NCBI GenBank assembly: GCA_963702475.1
Contig: CAVPCT010000005.1
Location: 928,001 to 992,000, forward strand
Reading direction: 5' to 3'
DNA from: an uncultured Thermoleophilia bacterium
Lineage (GTDB): Bacteria > Actinomycetota > Thermoleophilia > UBA2241
DNA: 64,000 nt
Positions within the stretch are counted from its first letter, which is position 1. Every line of letters begins with the position of its first letter. Of this stretch, positions 42,243 through 53,911 are shown piece after piece. The notes below the pieces were generated by a model. The model was not told the origin of the DNA, made no database searches, and worked only from the letters and a program-made list of their open reading frames with translations. The position numbers and the translations under genes are program-made.

Positions 42243-44225
42243 ATGAGCGAACCACCGCGTGCGATCGACACCGCGCTCTTCGACGCGGACACCGCCGCGT
42301 CCGACGACTTCTACCGTCATGTGAACGGCGGCTGGATCGACGTCAACCCCGTCCCGCCGGAGTACGGCTCCTGGGGCGCCGGTCAGATCGTCCACGCCCG
42401 TAACCAGGAGGTGCTGCAACAGCTGCTGAAGGACGCGGCGGCGCGCACGGAGCCCCGCGACTCGGCCGGCCAGATGGTGGGCGACTACTTCGCCGCCGCC
42501 ATGGACGAGGCGGCGATCGCCGCCGCCGGGGTGGAGCCGCTGGCGCCGTACCTGGCGCGCATCGACCGCGCCTCGTCCGTCGCCGACGTGCGCGACATCC
42601 TGCGCGACCTGCAGCGCTGCGGGGTGGACCCGCTCCACTCGCTGGGCATCGCGCCCGACTTCGAGGATCCGGGCGCGTACCTCGTCTACGTCGGCCAGGG
42701 CGGTCTGGGTCTCCCCGAGCGCGACTACTACACGCGCGACGACGAGCAGTCGGCCAAGCTTCGCGAGCAGTACGTCGCCCACGTGGCCAGGCAGCTGGGC
42801 AGCCTCGGCGACACCGGCGCGCACACGCACGACACCGGCGTGCGCGCGCACGAGGCCGCCGCGCGCATCCTCGCCTTCGAGACGCGCCTGGCCGAAGCGT
42901 CGTACACCGCCGCACAGCTGCGCGACGTGCAGCTCACCCTGAACCGGTACGACGTGGCCGCGCTGGACGAGCTCATGCCGGCCTTCGGCCTGCGCGGGTA
43001 CGTCGTGGACCTCGGCGTCACGTCGGACACGGTCAGCGTGGACAACCCGGGCTTCTTCCGGGCCCTCGACGCCACCCTCACCGAGACGCCGATCGAGACG
43101 CTGAGGGACTACCTCCGCTGGCACGTGATCAGGGCGTCCGCGCCGGCCCTCGCGCCCACGTTCGAAGACGAGGCGTTCGACTTCTACGGCCGCACGCTCG
43201 GCGGGCAGAAGGAGATGCAGCCCCGCTGGAAGCGCGTGCTCAACGCCGCCTCCGTGGACGTCGGCGAGCTGGTGGCGCAGCTGTACGTCAAGGCCGCGTT
43301 CTCGGAGGAGGCCAAGAAGCGCTGCGAGGAGATGGTCGACCACCTGCTGTCGGCGATGGGGCAGGCGATCCGGAGCGCCGGGTGGATGACGGAGACCACC
43401 CGGGCGGAGGCTCTCCGCAAGCTCGAGGGCTTCACCTACAAGATCGGCTTTCCGGACGAGTGGCGCGATTACACCGGTCTCGTCATCGAGCGGGCGACCT
43501 ACGTCGAGAACCGCATGCGCTGTGCGTCGTTCGAGTTCGCCCGGCAGATGGGCCGGCTCGGCGAACCGGTCGACAGGGGCGAGTGGGCCATGCCCGCCCA
43601 CGTGGTGAACGCCTACTACCACCCGCTGCTGAACGAGATCGTCTTCCCCGCCGGCATCCTGCAGCCGCCGTTCTTCTCCACGGACGCCGACGACGCCGTG
43701 AACTACGGCGCCATCGGCGCGGTCATCGGGCACGAGATCACGCATGGGTTCGACGACCAGGGCAGCCACTTCGATGCGCGCGGCCAGCTGCGCGATTGGT
43801 GGACCGAGGAGGATCGCAGCGAGTTCATGCGGCGCGCGCAGGTGCTCGTGGACCAGTTCGACGAGTACGCCGTCTTCGACGGCCTGCACGTGAACGGCCG
43901 CCTCACGCTGGGCGAGAACATCGCCGACTTCGGCGGCCTGAAGATCGCCTACGCCGCCCTGCGCGAGGCGCTCGCCGGCAGAGACACCGCGCCCATCGAC
44001 GGCTTCAGCCCCGAGCAGCGTTTCTTCCTCTCGTGGGCGACGGTGTGGCGCACGAGCTACACGGACGAGTACCTGCGGCTGATCGTCACCACGGACCCGC
44101 ACTCGCCGGCCCGGGCGCGCGTGAACGGTCCGCTGGCCAACCTCCCGGCGTTCGCCGCGGCGTTCGCGATCGCCCACGGGTCGCCCATGGTGCGCGGCGA
44201 GGAGGAGCGCGCGCTCATCTGGTGA
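42243..44225 (+). CDS. pepO: M13 family metalloendopeptidase (PepO/neprilysin-like)
   Basis: DDFYRHVNG, VNAYY, HEITH zinc motif, GENIAD. Confidence 0.95.
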   Translation: MSEPPRAIDTALFDADTAASDDFYRHVNGGWIDVNPVPPEYGSWGAGQIVHARNQEVLQQLLKDAAARTEPRDSAGQMVGDYFAAAMDEAAIAAAGVEPLAPYLARIDRASSVADVRDILRDLQRCGVDPLHSLGIAPDFEDPGAYLVYVGQGGLGLPERDYYTRDDEQSAKLREQYVAHVARQLGSLGDTGAHTHDTGVRAHEAAARILAFETRLAEASYTAAQLRDVQLTLNRYDVAALDELMPAFGLRGYVVDLGVTSDTVSVDNPGFFRALDATLTETPIETLRDYLRWHVIRASAPALAPTFEDEAFDFYGRTLGGQKEMQPRWKRVLNAASVDVGELVAQLYVKAAFSEEAKKRCEEMVDHLLSAMGQAIRSAGWMTETTRAEALRKLEGFTYKIGFPDEWRDYTGLVIERATYVENRMRCASFEFARQMGRLGEPVDRGEWAMPAHVVNAYYHPLLNEIVFPAGILQPPFFSTDADDAVNYGAIGAVIGHEITHGFDDQGSHFDARGQLRDWWTEEDRSEFMRRAQVLVDQFDEYAVFDGLHVNGRLTLGENIADFGGLKIAYAALREALAGRDTAPIDGFSPEQRFFLSWATVWRTSYTDEYLRLIVTTDPHSPARARVNGPLANLPAFAAAFAIAHGSPMVRGEEERALIW

Positions 44226-44286
44226 ACGCCGGCGTCACGTCCACGCCGGGTGGCTCACGGACCTCGAAGCCAGAAAGGAGGCATGC

Positions 44287-45438
44287 TTGCCGTACGGATA
44301 CGCCTTCGCTGTGCTCATCGTCGCGTGGGTCACCGCATGGGCGGTCGCACCCCACCGTCCGCGGGGGCCTCGCCCCTTCGCGCCGAGCTTCTGGTTCAGC
44401 GTCGCAGTCAACGAGCTGCCCTTCCTGGCCATCGCGTGGCTGGTCGTGAACACGCTGACGGCCGCAGTCGACGGGTCGCTCGATTCGCCGGGTGGGTACG
44501 CGGTCGTCGGTGTGGCAGCACTCACTTGTGGTGGATTGGCCGTGATCGCGCGGCGAGGTTGGAACGCGGGAGCCGAGGTGCCGCGAGCGCTGCACGACCA
44601 GGGCATCGCACCGCCGGATCCGATCCGGGACAGCGCCGGACGCCCGTCGCTGGTCCGCCTGATCGTGTGGCCGTTCAGCGTCCGGCCGCGCGGCGTGCGT
44701 CGAGTCAGGAACATCGACTACGGCGAGCACAGCCCGGCGACCCGGCTGGATCTCTACCTCCCCAAGCCCCGGGCGGGCCCGGCCCCGGTGCTCGTCTACT
44801 TCCACGGAGGGGGGTTCTACGGTGGGAGCAAGTCCTGGGGGGCCAGGCCGCTGTTCTATCGACTCGCGGCATCCGGGTGGGTCTGTGCCAGTGCGGACTA
44901 CCGGCTCGCGCCGCGAGCGTCGTATGCCGACGCGCTGGCCGACGCACGCCAAGCTGTCGAGTGGGTCCGTCAGCACGCCGCCGAGCACGGAGCCGATCCT
45001 GAGCGCATGTTCCTCGCGGGCAGCTCCGCCGGTGCTCATCTGGCGTCGGTCCTGGCGCTGGTCGGCCACGACTCGACGACCACCGGGCGGCCGACGCCGG
45101 ACGTGCGCGGCGTGGTGACGCTCTACGGGTACTACGGGCGGGTCAGCAATCCGCACGGCCCGAGCTCGCCCTTCGATCTGATCGGGCCGCAGGCACCGCC
45201 GTTTCTCGTCGTGCACGGCGACAACGACTCATTGATCCCGGTCGAGACGGCTCGTGACTTTGCGCGGCGGCTCGCGGCCGCGTCCGCCGGACCCACGGCG
45301 TTCGTGGAGCTCGGCGGCGCGGAGCACTCCTTCGGCCTGTTCGACTCGATCCGGTTCCGCGCCGTGATCGACGGGGTCGAGGCGTTCTTACGCACTATCG
45401 ACCACGACGCACGACACGACCGCCGCACTGACGACTGA
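44287..45438 (+). CDS. Membrane-anchored alpha/beta hydrolase (esterase/lipase)
   Basis: N-terminal TMs, HGGG, GSSAG, HGDND. Confidence 0.85.
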   Translation: MPYGYAFAVLIVAWVTAWAVAPHRPRGPRPFAPSFWFSVAVNELPFLAIAWLVVNTLTAAVDGSLDSPGGYAVVGVAALTCGGLAVIARRGWNAGAEVPRALHDQGIAPPDPIRDSAGRPSLVRLIVWPFSVRPRGVRRVRNIDYGEHSPATRLDLYLPKPRAGPAPVLVYFHGGGFYGGSKSWGARPLFYRLAASGWVCASADYRLAPRASYADALADARQAVEWVRQHAAEHGADPERMFLAGSSAGAHLASVLALVGHDSTTTGRPTPDVRGVVTLYGYYGRVSNPHGPSSPFDLIGPQAPPFLVVHGDNDSLIPVETARDFARRLAAASAGPTAFVELGGAEHSFGLFDSIRFRAVIDGVEAFLRTIDHDARHDRRTDD

Positions 45439-45499
45439 CGGATGGCGCAGCGCGCCCGGGCGGCGACTTCATCCGTGCTGTCGGCACCAGCCCCCGCCG

Positions 45500-46093
45500 T
45501 CAGCGCCCGAGCTGACTCCCCCCATCGCCGCCGCCGTCTCCACGTACAGGGATCAGGATCTCGTTGCGTCGCAGGAACCAGGGGGTGAACGGCGGGTTGT
45601 AGCGAGCCCAGACCGGGTCGCCGGCGATGAGCAGTCCTCTGCTGCGCACCCACGATTCCAGCTTCATCTTGTGAGTGAGGTAGCTGCTCTCGGTCCAGAG
45701 GCCGGAGTACCGCATCGCGGCCATCTGCCGAGCTGGGACCTGTCGCACTGTGACCTGCGGATCCGCAGGCTCGGGAAGAGTCTCCAGAGCATAGGAGGCC
45801 GGCATCGTGAAACTGACGACCCACCTGTCTTGAGCGGGTTGCTGCCCCACCGGGGCCGTCATCGCGATCTTCTCGCCCGTCGGCTCCTGGGAGACCGGCG
45901 CCGTCATCGCCACCTTGTGCCGCGACCGGTTGCCGCCTGAGATATACCGAAAGAGCCGGCTGAATGCCTGGTTGCCGGCCCGTTCGAAGGACCCGGCGAC
46001 GACGGTCTCGGCTACGACATGGGGAGCGTAGTCGCGGATCTCGAACTCGCCGTCCCTGTGCACCACGGTGTAGGTTGCCTCTTCGATCGCCAC
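45500..46093 (-). CDS. SOUL heme-binding family protein
   Basis: FEIRDY, AFSRLFRYISGGN, AMTAPV twice, ARYNPPFTPWFLRRNEI. Confidence 0.9.
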   Translation of the reverse strand: MAIEEATYTVVHRDGEFEIRDYAPHVVAETVVAGSFERAGNQAFSRLFRYISGGNRSRHKVAMTAPVSQEPTGEKIAMTAPVGQQPAQDRWVVSFTMPASYALETLPEPADPQVTVRQVPARQMAAMRYSGLWTESSYLTHKMKLESWVRSRGLLIAGDPVWARYNPPFTPWFLRRNEILIPVRGDGGGDGGSQLGR

Positions 46094-46237
46094 GCGCGAG
46101 TCCTACCCAGCGGCTGCGGGAACCAGTCGTCAGGCGACGCGGGGAGGCCGCAGGACTGCGGGTCCGTGGGCGCCTTGCCCGACCGACGGGCCGAGGCCTG
46201 ACGAGCCCCCGTCCGGCGGTGGCGCAGGAGGCCGGCG

Positions 46238-46774
46238 TCAGACGACAGGCGCCGGCTCTGGAGTCGACTCGGCAAGCTCTGGACGGTCCGCGCGGATGCT
46301 GCCCAGCACATCATCCAGAAAGGCAACGGCCTCGACCTCGCCGAGATCGCGAGAGTACATGAACTCGCTGGAGAGGATCCGTTTGGCCTGGGTGAACACC
46401 TGCTTCTCGCCGACGGGAAGATCCTTGGCGGCGTTGCGGATGGCGAGGTTGCGCACCACTTCGGCGACCTCGAAGATGTCGCCGGTCTTGAGCTTGTCGC
46501 GGTTGTGCCGGTAGCGATGGCTCCAGCCCTTGGGCATGGCGGTGGGCTCGCCGCGCAGCACCTCGAGCACCTCGTCGACGACGTCGGCCGCGACGACCCT
46601 GCGCAGACCCGCGCGATCGGCGTTCTCCACGGGCACCATGACGGTCATGCTGTTGTGAAGGATCTGGATCGTGAGGTAGTCGCGCTGCCTGCCGAGGACC
46701 TCTTTGGGCTCGATCCTCGTGATCTTGCCGGCACCGTGATGCGGGCAGACGACCTTGTCCCCTACTGAATACAT
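46238..46774 (-). CDS. carD: CarD family transcriptional regulator
   Basis: VGDKVVCPHHGAG, WSHRYRHNRDKLKTGDIFEVAEVVRNL. Confidence 0.9.
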   Translation of the reverse strand: MYSVGDKVVCPHHGAGKITRIEPKEVLGRQRDYLTIQILHNSMTVMVPVENADRAGLRRVVAADVVDEVLEVLRGEPTAMPKGWSHRYRHNRDKLKTGDIFEVAEVVRNLAIRNAAKDLPVGEKQVFTQAKRILSSEFMYSRDLGEVEAVAFLDDVLGSIRADRPELAESTPEPAPVV

Positions 46775-46981
46775 CGTCTCAACTCCCTTGCTGCCTGCTG
46801 GGCGCCCTAGGCTCGGCCTGCGATGGCACGCCCTCATGACAGAGGGAGGCGACGACCCCCCGCACGCGGTGTGGTGAAGGGCACGTGCGACGGTCTTCTG
46901 TGTGTCATTGTAGTGGAAACGTGCGCGTGATGCATGCTGAGCCGACGCTCGGGCGGCCGTCGGCGACGGAGCCCGGCCGCG

Positions 46982-47830
46982 CTACCGCGCCCCGCCAGGT
47001 CCGCCGGCGTCGCGCGGCCGGCTCGCCTCCAAGGCCCCCACGAAGGCCACAAGGTCGGCGGCGACGCGCGCTGCGTCTTCCCAGTAGAAGGCATGGCCGC
47101 CGCCCTCGTAGACCAGAAGCCGTGCACCTCGGATGCCCCTCGCGAGGGCTTCTTGCTCGCTTCGCGGCAGGATGGCGTCCCGGTCGCCCCAGACCACCAG
47201 CGTCGGCGCAGTGATGTCCCCGACCTGGAACGAGAGATCGTCCTCGAGTAAGGCCGCCATCGTCGCCTTCCACACGAACGCCGGCGCCTTCAGGCTCTCT
47301 TGGACCAAGGCCTCGACCTCGGCCTCCGGCAAGGGCCGCACGACGATCGACGCGATGAAGTCGCGCACGAAGCCGGGGTCGATGGGATCCTCCAGCAGCG
47401 AGAGCGTCGAGTCCCACGCCTCGCGCACGGCGGGCTTGTCGCTCAGCCTCAGAGGTGAGCCGAGGAGCACGAGGCCGAGGATGCGCTCGGGGCGATCAAG
47501 GGCAAGCCGCAAGGCGACCTGCCCGCCGCTGGAGGCCCCGACGACGACGGCCGCCTCGATGCGCAGGGCGTCCATGGCCTCCGCGAGGTCAGCGGCGAAG
47601 TCGGCCGACCGATAGCCGGACTCCGGGCGGCTGGCGTCGCCGTGACCGCGCAGCGTGGGGGCGACGGCGTGGACGGAGTCGGGCAGGTGCGCGAGCAGCG
47701 CCTCAAAGGCGCGCCCCGAGTCGCCCACGGCGTGCACGAGCAGGACCGTGCGCGCCGTCGGATCGCCCTGCTCGATGTAGGGCATCCGCACCCCGTTGGC
47801 CAACTCGACCGCGGCCAAGGTGCGCCTCAT
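46982..47830 (-). CDS. Alpha/beta fold hydrolase
   Basis: LRGHGD, GASSGG, WGDRD, GH. Confidence 0.85.
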   Translation of the reverse strand: MRRTLAAVELANGVRMPYIEQGDPTARTVLLVHAVGDSGRAFEALLAHLPDSVHAVAPTLRGHGDASRPESGYRSADFAADLAEAMDALRIEAAVVVGASSGGQVALRLALDRPERILGLVLLGSPLRLSDKPAVREAWDSTLSLLEDPIDPGFVRDFIASIVVRPLPEAEVEALVQESLKAPAFVWKATMAALLEDDLSFQVGDITAPTLVVWGDRDAILPRSEQEALARGIRGARLLVYEGGGHAFYWEDAARVAADLVAFVGALEASRPRDAGGPGGAR

Positions 47831-48132
47831 GGTGACCGCCTCGCTCGACACGGACGTATAGACGCTGTCCAGTCTTCCCCGCTCGGCCCTGAAGCCTGCA
47901 TGCCTGAAGCAGGTCCTGGAGCGAACGGCGGGGGGCATCGTGATCTCTCCGGCTCCGGCGGCGTCCCCCCGCAGGGGCAGGCCGCCGGCGCCCGCGTCCC
48001 TCGCACGGTCGAGCCCAGGTTCCCCCCGCCGGGAGACGACCGGCGGCCGGGGCGGCCGTAGACTCCCCCCAGGTCGACGCCTGCGCGCGGGACGCTGGAG
48101 CGACATGACGGCGAATGCATCGGGGAGGCACC

Positions 48133-49105
48133 GTGAAGGCGGCAGTGCACACTGACTACGGCTCACCAGAGGTCCTGAAGACTCGAGGACGTCGACACGC
48201 CGGTCGTCAAGGACGACGAGGTGCTCGTGCGCGTGCGCGCCGCCGCCGTGAACCCTCCCGACTGGGCCGGCGTCCACGGCGTGCCGTACATCGTCCGCCT
48301 GGCCTTCGGGCTGCGCCGGCCGAAGCTCTGCATCCGCGGCACCGACATGGCGGGGGTCGTCGCTGCCGTGGGCACGAACGTGACGAGTCTGAGCGTCGGG
48401 GACGAGGTCTTCGGCCGCGGCGTCGGCACGTTCGCCGAGTACGCCGTGGCTCCGGAGGAACTCCTCGCACCCAAGCCGGCCGGCATCACGTTCGAGCAGG
48501 CGGCGGGCGTTCCGATGTCCGGTCTCACCGCCCTCCAGGCGCTGCGTGATTCGGGCGGCATCCGGCCGGGGCAGAAGGTCCTGATCGTCGGCGCAGGAGG
48601 AGGGGTCGGCACCTTCGCGGTGCAGATCGCCAAGTCGTTCGGCGCCGAGGTGACCGGCGTGTGCAGCGCGTCGAAGCTGGATCTCGTGCGGGCGATCGGC
48701 GCCGACCACGTCATCGACTACGCGGTGGAGGACTTCACCACAGGCGAGAAGCGCTTCGACCTCGTGCTCGACAACGTGCTGCAGCACTCGCTGTCCGAGC
48801 TTCTGCGCGTGCTGAACCGGGGCGGGACGCTCGTGCCCAACGGCGGCCAGTTCCACAAGCGCTGGTTCGCCAGTACCGGGGTCCTCCTCATCAAGGCGCC
48901 GCTGCTCTCGCTGGTCGTGCCGCAGCGGATCCGCGTCTGCCACGAGCACCCGGGGCAGAGCGACCTGCTGGTCCTGAAGGAGCTCGTGGAATCCGGCAAG
49001 CTGACGCCGGTCGTCGGCAGGGAGTACCCCTTGAGCCGGGTCCGCGCGGCGATCTCCTCCTTCGGGGAGGGGCACGCCGAGGGCAAGATCGTCATCACCA
49101 TGTGA
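48133..49105 (+). CDS. NAD(P)-dependent medium-chain (quinone oxidoreductase-like) dehydrogenase; frameshift near 48185
   Basis: GTG-KAAVHTDYGSPEVL, VLVRVRAAAVNP, GAGGGVG, GHAEGKIVI. Confidence 0.85.
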
Positions 49106-49130
49106 GACGGGGCATCCTTCCCCGCGTGTG

Positions 49131-49630
49131 TCAGTCGCTCGCGCCCTGGACCGACCTGTCCCCTTGCGTGAGATGAGCGATGAGGATGTACACGCTCACC
49201 ATCAAGACCCAGGCCGGGAGGATCATCACGACCCAGATAGACTGCGACACGACGAACAGCAGGACCAGGGCGACACCGTAGGTCGGCAGTGCCATCCGCC
49301 GAGGCATCACGCTGGTGCGTAGCCACAGCGTAGCCTGGGAGATCAGGAAGTCCGCCGCCATCCGCAGCGCGTGGGCACGGCGATGAACCACAGGAAGAAC
49401 AGCCCGGCGAACGGTATGAGGGCGATCGCGAACTTGAAGCGCCCCGCGCCGGTGTCGAGCCATGCGCCGGATCTCGCGTAGCACCTCTTGGATCGCCGCG
49501 TCGAGCTCCGCGTCCGGCATGCCGTCGAGGCCGCTGCGACCACGACCCTGGGATCGTGGCGACCGGCCGGCGTGGTGCGGAGCTCCGCCTCTCTACGCTC
49601 CACGAGCGCCTTGCTGACCAGCTCGCGCGA
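49131..49630 (-). pseudogene. Mosaic remnant: internally deleted copy of the 30401 membrane protein fused to a piece resembling the 14023 TetR C-terminus
   Basis: FAIALIPFAGLFFLWFIAV and ALRMAA.FLISQATLWLRT match 30401-31159; GRHDPRVVVA...AAIQEVLRE matches GRHDPRIIVA...AAMVEVLRD. Confidence 0.7.
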
Positions 49631-49725
49631 GCGTCGCTCGCGGCGCAGTCCTCCGCCGGGTACGCCGCCCCGCGCGGCCCGGCACCTGCCCGCGAGCCAT
49701 CGCGTCGCCCGTCCTGGGCGCCGCT

Positions 49726-51215
<1,490 letters not shown>

Positions 51216-51290
51216 GACGGACCTCTCTTCGGTCGACAGCAGTGCACCGACCCGGCGCGCGCCTGAGTCACGCCGACTGTATAGAGGTGA

Positions 51291-51710
51291 TCAGCGGGCC
51301 ACAATGCCACAGCAGCGCTTGTACTTCCTGCCGCTGCCGCGGGGCACGGGTCGTTGCGGCCGGTCGTGCGGGCCTCCGCGGCGAGGATCGCCATGACCTC
51401 GCGCGCCTCGCCGCCGCGGGAGAGCACGTCGGCCGGGCGCATGCGCCGCTCGGTGTGCACGAAGGACTCCTTGAGCCCACCGCACAGCCAGTTCAGCCCG
51501 GGCTCGCCACCGGGCGTCACCAGGATGCGGTTCTCGGGGCACTCGCCGTGGCAGGCGAAGAGGAACTCGCAGGCGCGACAGAACGCCGGCAGCGTGTCCT
51601 GCTTGGCCCGCCCGAAGGCGCGCTGCCGCTCGGAGCGCACCAGCTCGCCGACCGACCGGGCTGCGGGCGTGGAGTCGATCATCTGGGAGGCATGGGGCTC
51701 AGCAGACATC
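51291..51710 (-). pseudogene. Anaerobic sulfatase maturase C-terminal remnant (SPASM end plus SEC-C)
   Basis: FGRAKQDTLPAFCRACEFLFACHGECPENR...GLNWLC, GRNDPCP..SGRKYKRCCG; no radical SAM core upstream. Confidence 0.78.
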
Positions 51711-51805
51711 GTCCGGCGCACATCGACTGGGCGGACGGCTGAGGAAGCCCCGAGCGCTATCGACGCCCCGGAGAGCTCGAAGTGCGCCGGCATCCGGCGG
51801 CTCCT

Positions 51806-52855
51806 TCAGCGCGCCGCCGGCGGGAAGATCGCCTCGTTCTCGTCCAGGTCCCCGTCCACCTTCGGCGCGCCAGACACCACGAGCACCGCGCCGGCGAACG
51901 TGATCAGCACGCCGGCGACGAGCTGGACGGTCGGGTGCAACCCGGTGAGGACGATGGAGAAGACGATCGCCCACACGGCGTAGAGCGAGTTGATCGGCAT
52001 GGCGCGGCTGGCGCCCACGAGGTGGTTGGCGGCGTAGTACGTGAGGTAGGAGGCGGCGCCGGCTACGGCGGCGCCCAGGACGAGCCACAGGCTGGTGCTC
52101 CGGAACGCGGCGGCGAAGACGCCGAGACCGCCGGCCAGCGGCAGCACGACGACGAGGTAGATCACAGCCGAGGTCGCCATGCGCAGCGTGCCGGCCACCA
52201 CCGGTTCCACGGCCTTCATCGCATGGATGGCCAGGACCCCCTCGACCCCCCAACCCACGGTGGCGACGGCGGCGAGGCCGATGCCGAGGTAGAAGTGCGG
52301 CATGTCACCGGCGGGGGGCGTGTACGTGGCGATCACGGCGCCCGTGACGGTCACGGCGATGCCCAGCCAGCCGCGACGCGAGACGTGCTCGCGCAGGAAG
52401 ATACGGGAGAGGACTGCGCCGACGGCGGGATACGTGGCGCTGAGCGCCAGGGCGTACGCCGCGCCCGCGTACTTGATGCCGAACAGATAGCCCGACATGG
52501 CGATCGGGCCGCCGATGACGGCGGCGGCGCAGAGGATCAGCCCCTGTCTGGTGGCGAGGCTGCGCGGCAGCTGGCGCAAGCGCCCGGTGGCCGCGTTGAA
52601 GGCCACCATCCAGCCGGTCGCGAGGACGTCGTGCAGGGCGGCCGCGGCGAGAGGAGCGACCAGCGCGGCCGCGCCCAGGAACGGCGCCATCGCGAGAGCC
52701 ACACCGAGCACGACGCCGTCGGCTCCCCAGCACACGCCCGAGAGCAGCGCCCAGGCGAGGCCCGAGCGGCGATAGGTGTGCGGCACCGCCGTCGAGGTCG
52801 CGCCGGCGGGCGAGGCGGCGCCCGCGGGCGACTCCGCCTGGTCGACGACGGACAT
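51806..52855 (-). CDS. DMT/EamA transporter resembling the choline permease LicB
   Basis: LLSGVCWG, AALHD, GGPIAM, SATYPA, GWGVEGVL, SYLTYY, INSLYAVW parallel the recalled LicB motifs; start overlaps the activase stop (TGATG). Confidence 0.78.
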   Translation of the reverse strand: MSVVDQAESPAGAASPAGATSTAVPHTYRRSGLAWALLSGVCWGADGVVLGVALAMAPFLGAAALVAPLAAAALHDVLATGWMVAFNAATGRLRQLPRSLATRQGLILCAAAVIGGPIAMSGYLFGIKYAGAAYALALSATYPAVGAVLSRIFLREHVSRRGWLGIAVTVTGAVIATYTPPAGDMPHFYLGIGLAAVATVGWGVEGVLAIHAMKAVEPVVAGTLRMATSAVIYLVVVLPLAGGLGVFAAAFRSTSLWLVLGAAVAGAASYLTYYAANHLVGASRAMPINSLYAVWAIVFSIVLTGLHPTVQLVAGVLITFAGAVLVVSGAPKVDGDLDENEAIFPPAAR

Positions 52856-53904
52856 CACCCGAGCCCCTGTACGGCGCGGCACTCGACGCCGGCGGCGCGG
52901 CGGGTCACGTCCGCCGCCACGGCGGCGAGCCGTTCGGGCTCAGGGCGCTCCAGCGCCGGCGGCGCCAGGTCCAGGGCGGCGTACTTGTGCGCGCCGAGCG
53001 CGTGGCAGGGCAGCAGGTCGACGCGGCGGATGCGCGGGTGGCCGGCGACGAACGCCGCGAGCGCCTCCAAGCTGTCGCGGTCGTCGTTCGCCCCCGGGAC
53101 CACGGGTACGCGGACCGTCACGTCGGCGCCAGTCTCAAGCAGCCTCTCGAGGTTCTCGATGATCGACTCGTTGCCCAGGCCGGTCAGCTCCTCGTGCCTC
53201 TTCGAGTCGAGCGCTTTGAGGTCGTAGAGGAAGAGGTCGGTGAGCTGCGCCGCCTCGCGCAGGTCGTCCCAGCGCGCCTGCCCGCAGGTCTCCACGGCGG
53301 TGTGGTAGCCCCAGCGGCGGCAGCGCCGCAGGCACTCGAGCAGGAAGGCGGGCTGCGCGAGCGGCTCCCCGCCGGAGAAGGTGACGCCCCCGCCGGACCG
53401 CCGGAAGAAGGGGGCGTCACGCCGGACCTCGGCCATGAGCCCATCGGCGGTCACCTCGCGGCCCATGAGGCGCCGCGCCCCGCGCGAGCACGCGGCGGCG
53501 CACACGCCGCAGGCGGCGCACAGTCGGCGGTCGGTGCGCACGCGGCCTTCGTCCGTGCGCACGGCGCCGCGTGGGCAGGCCTCGACGCAGCGGCCGCAGC
53601 CGGCGCAGAGGCTCTCGAACCAGGCGATCTGCGGACCCGGCTGCTGCGACTCCGGGTTGGCGCACCAGACGCAGTGGAGCGGGCAGCCCTTGAAGAACAC
53701 GACGGTGCGGATGCCGGGGCCGTCGTGCAGCGAGAACCGCTGCACGTCGAAGACCCGGCCGCGCGTTCCCGGCGCGGCCGCATCCGCCGCGCCGGCGTCC
53801 GCCGCGCGGGACTCGGCCGCGCCCGTCACACCCGGGTCTTCCACGCGCGACCTCCCGTCGATTCCCGCCGCAGGCTCGGAGTGGAGCGGTGGCCCGAAAG
53901 GCAC
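52855..53904 (-). CDS. Glycyl radical enzyme activating protein (radical SAM with ferredoxin insert); start uncertain
   Basis: HDGPGIRTVVFFKGCPLHCVWCANPE, two CxxCxxCxxxC motifs, GGGVTFSGGEP. Confidence 0.93.
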   Translation of the reverse strand: MPFGPPLHSEPAAGIDGRSRVEDPGVTGAAESRAADAGAADAAAPGTRGRVFDVQRFSLHDGPGIRTVVFFKGCPLHCVWCANPESQQPGPQIAWFESLCAGCGRCVEACPRGAVRTDEGRVRTDRRLCAACGVCAAACSRGARRLMGREVTADGLMAEVRRDAPFFRRSGGGVTFSGGEPLAQPAFLLECLRRCRRWGYHTAVETCGQARWDDLREAAQLTDLFLYDLKALDSKRHEELTGLGNESIIENLERLLETGADVTVRVPVVPGANDDRDSLEALAAFVAGHPRIRRVDLLPCHALGAHKYAALDLAPPALERPEPERLAAVAADVTRRAAGVECRAVQGLG

Positions 53905-53911
53905 ACCGCTC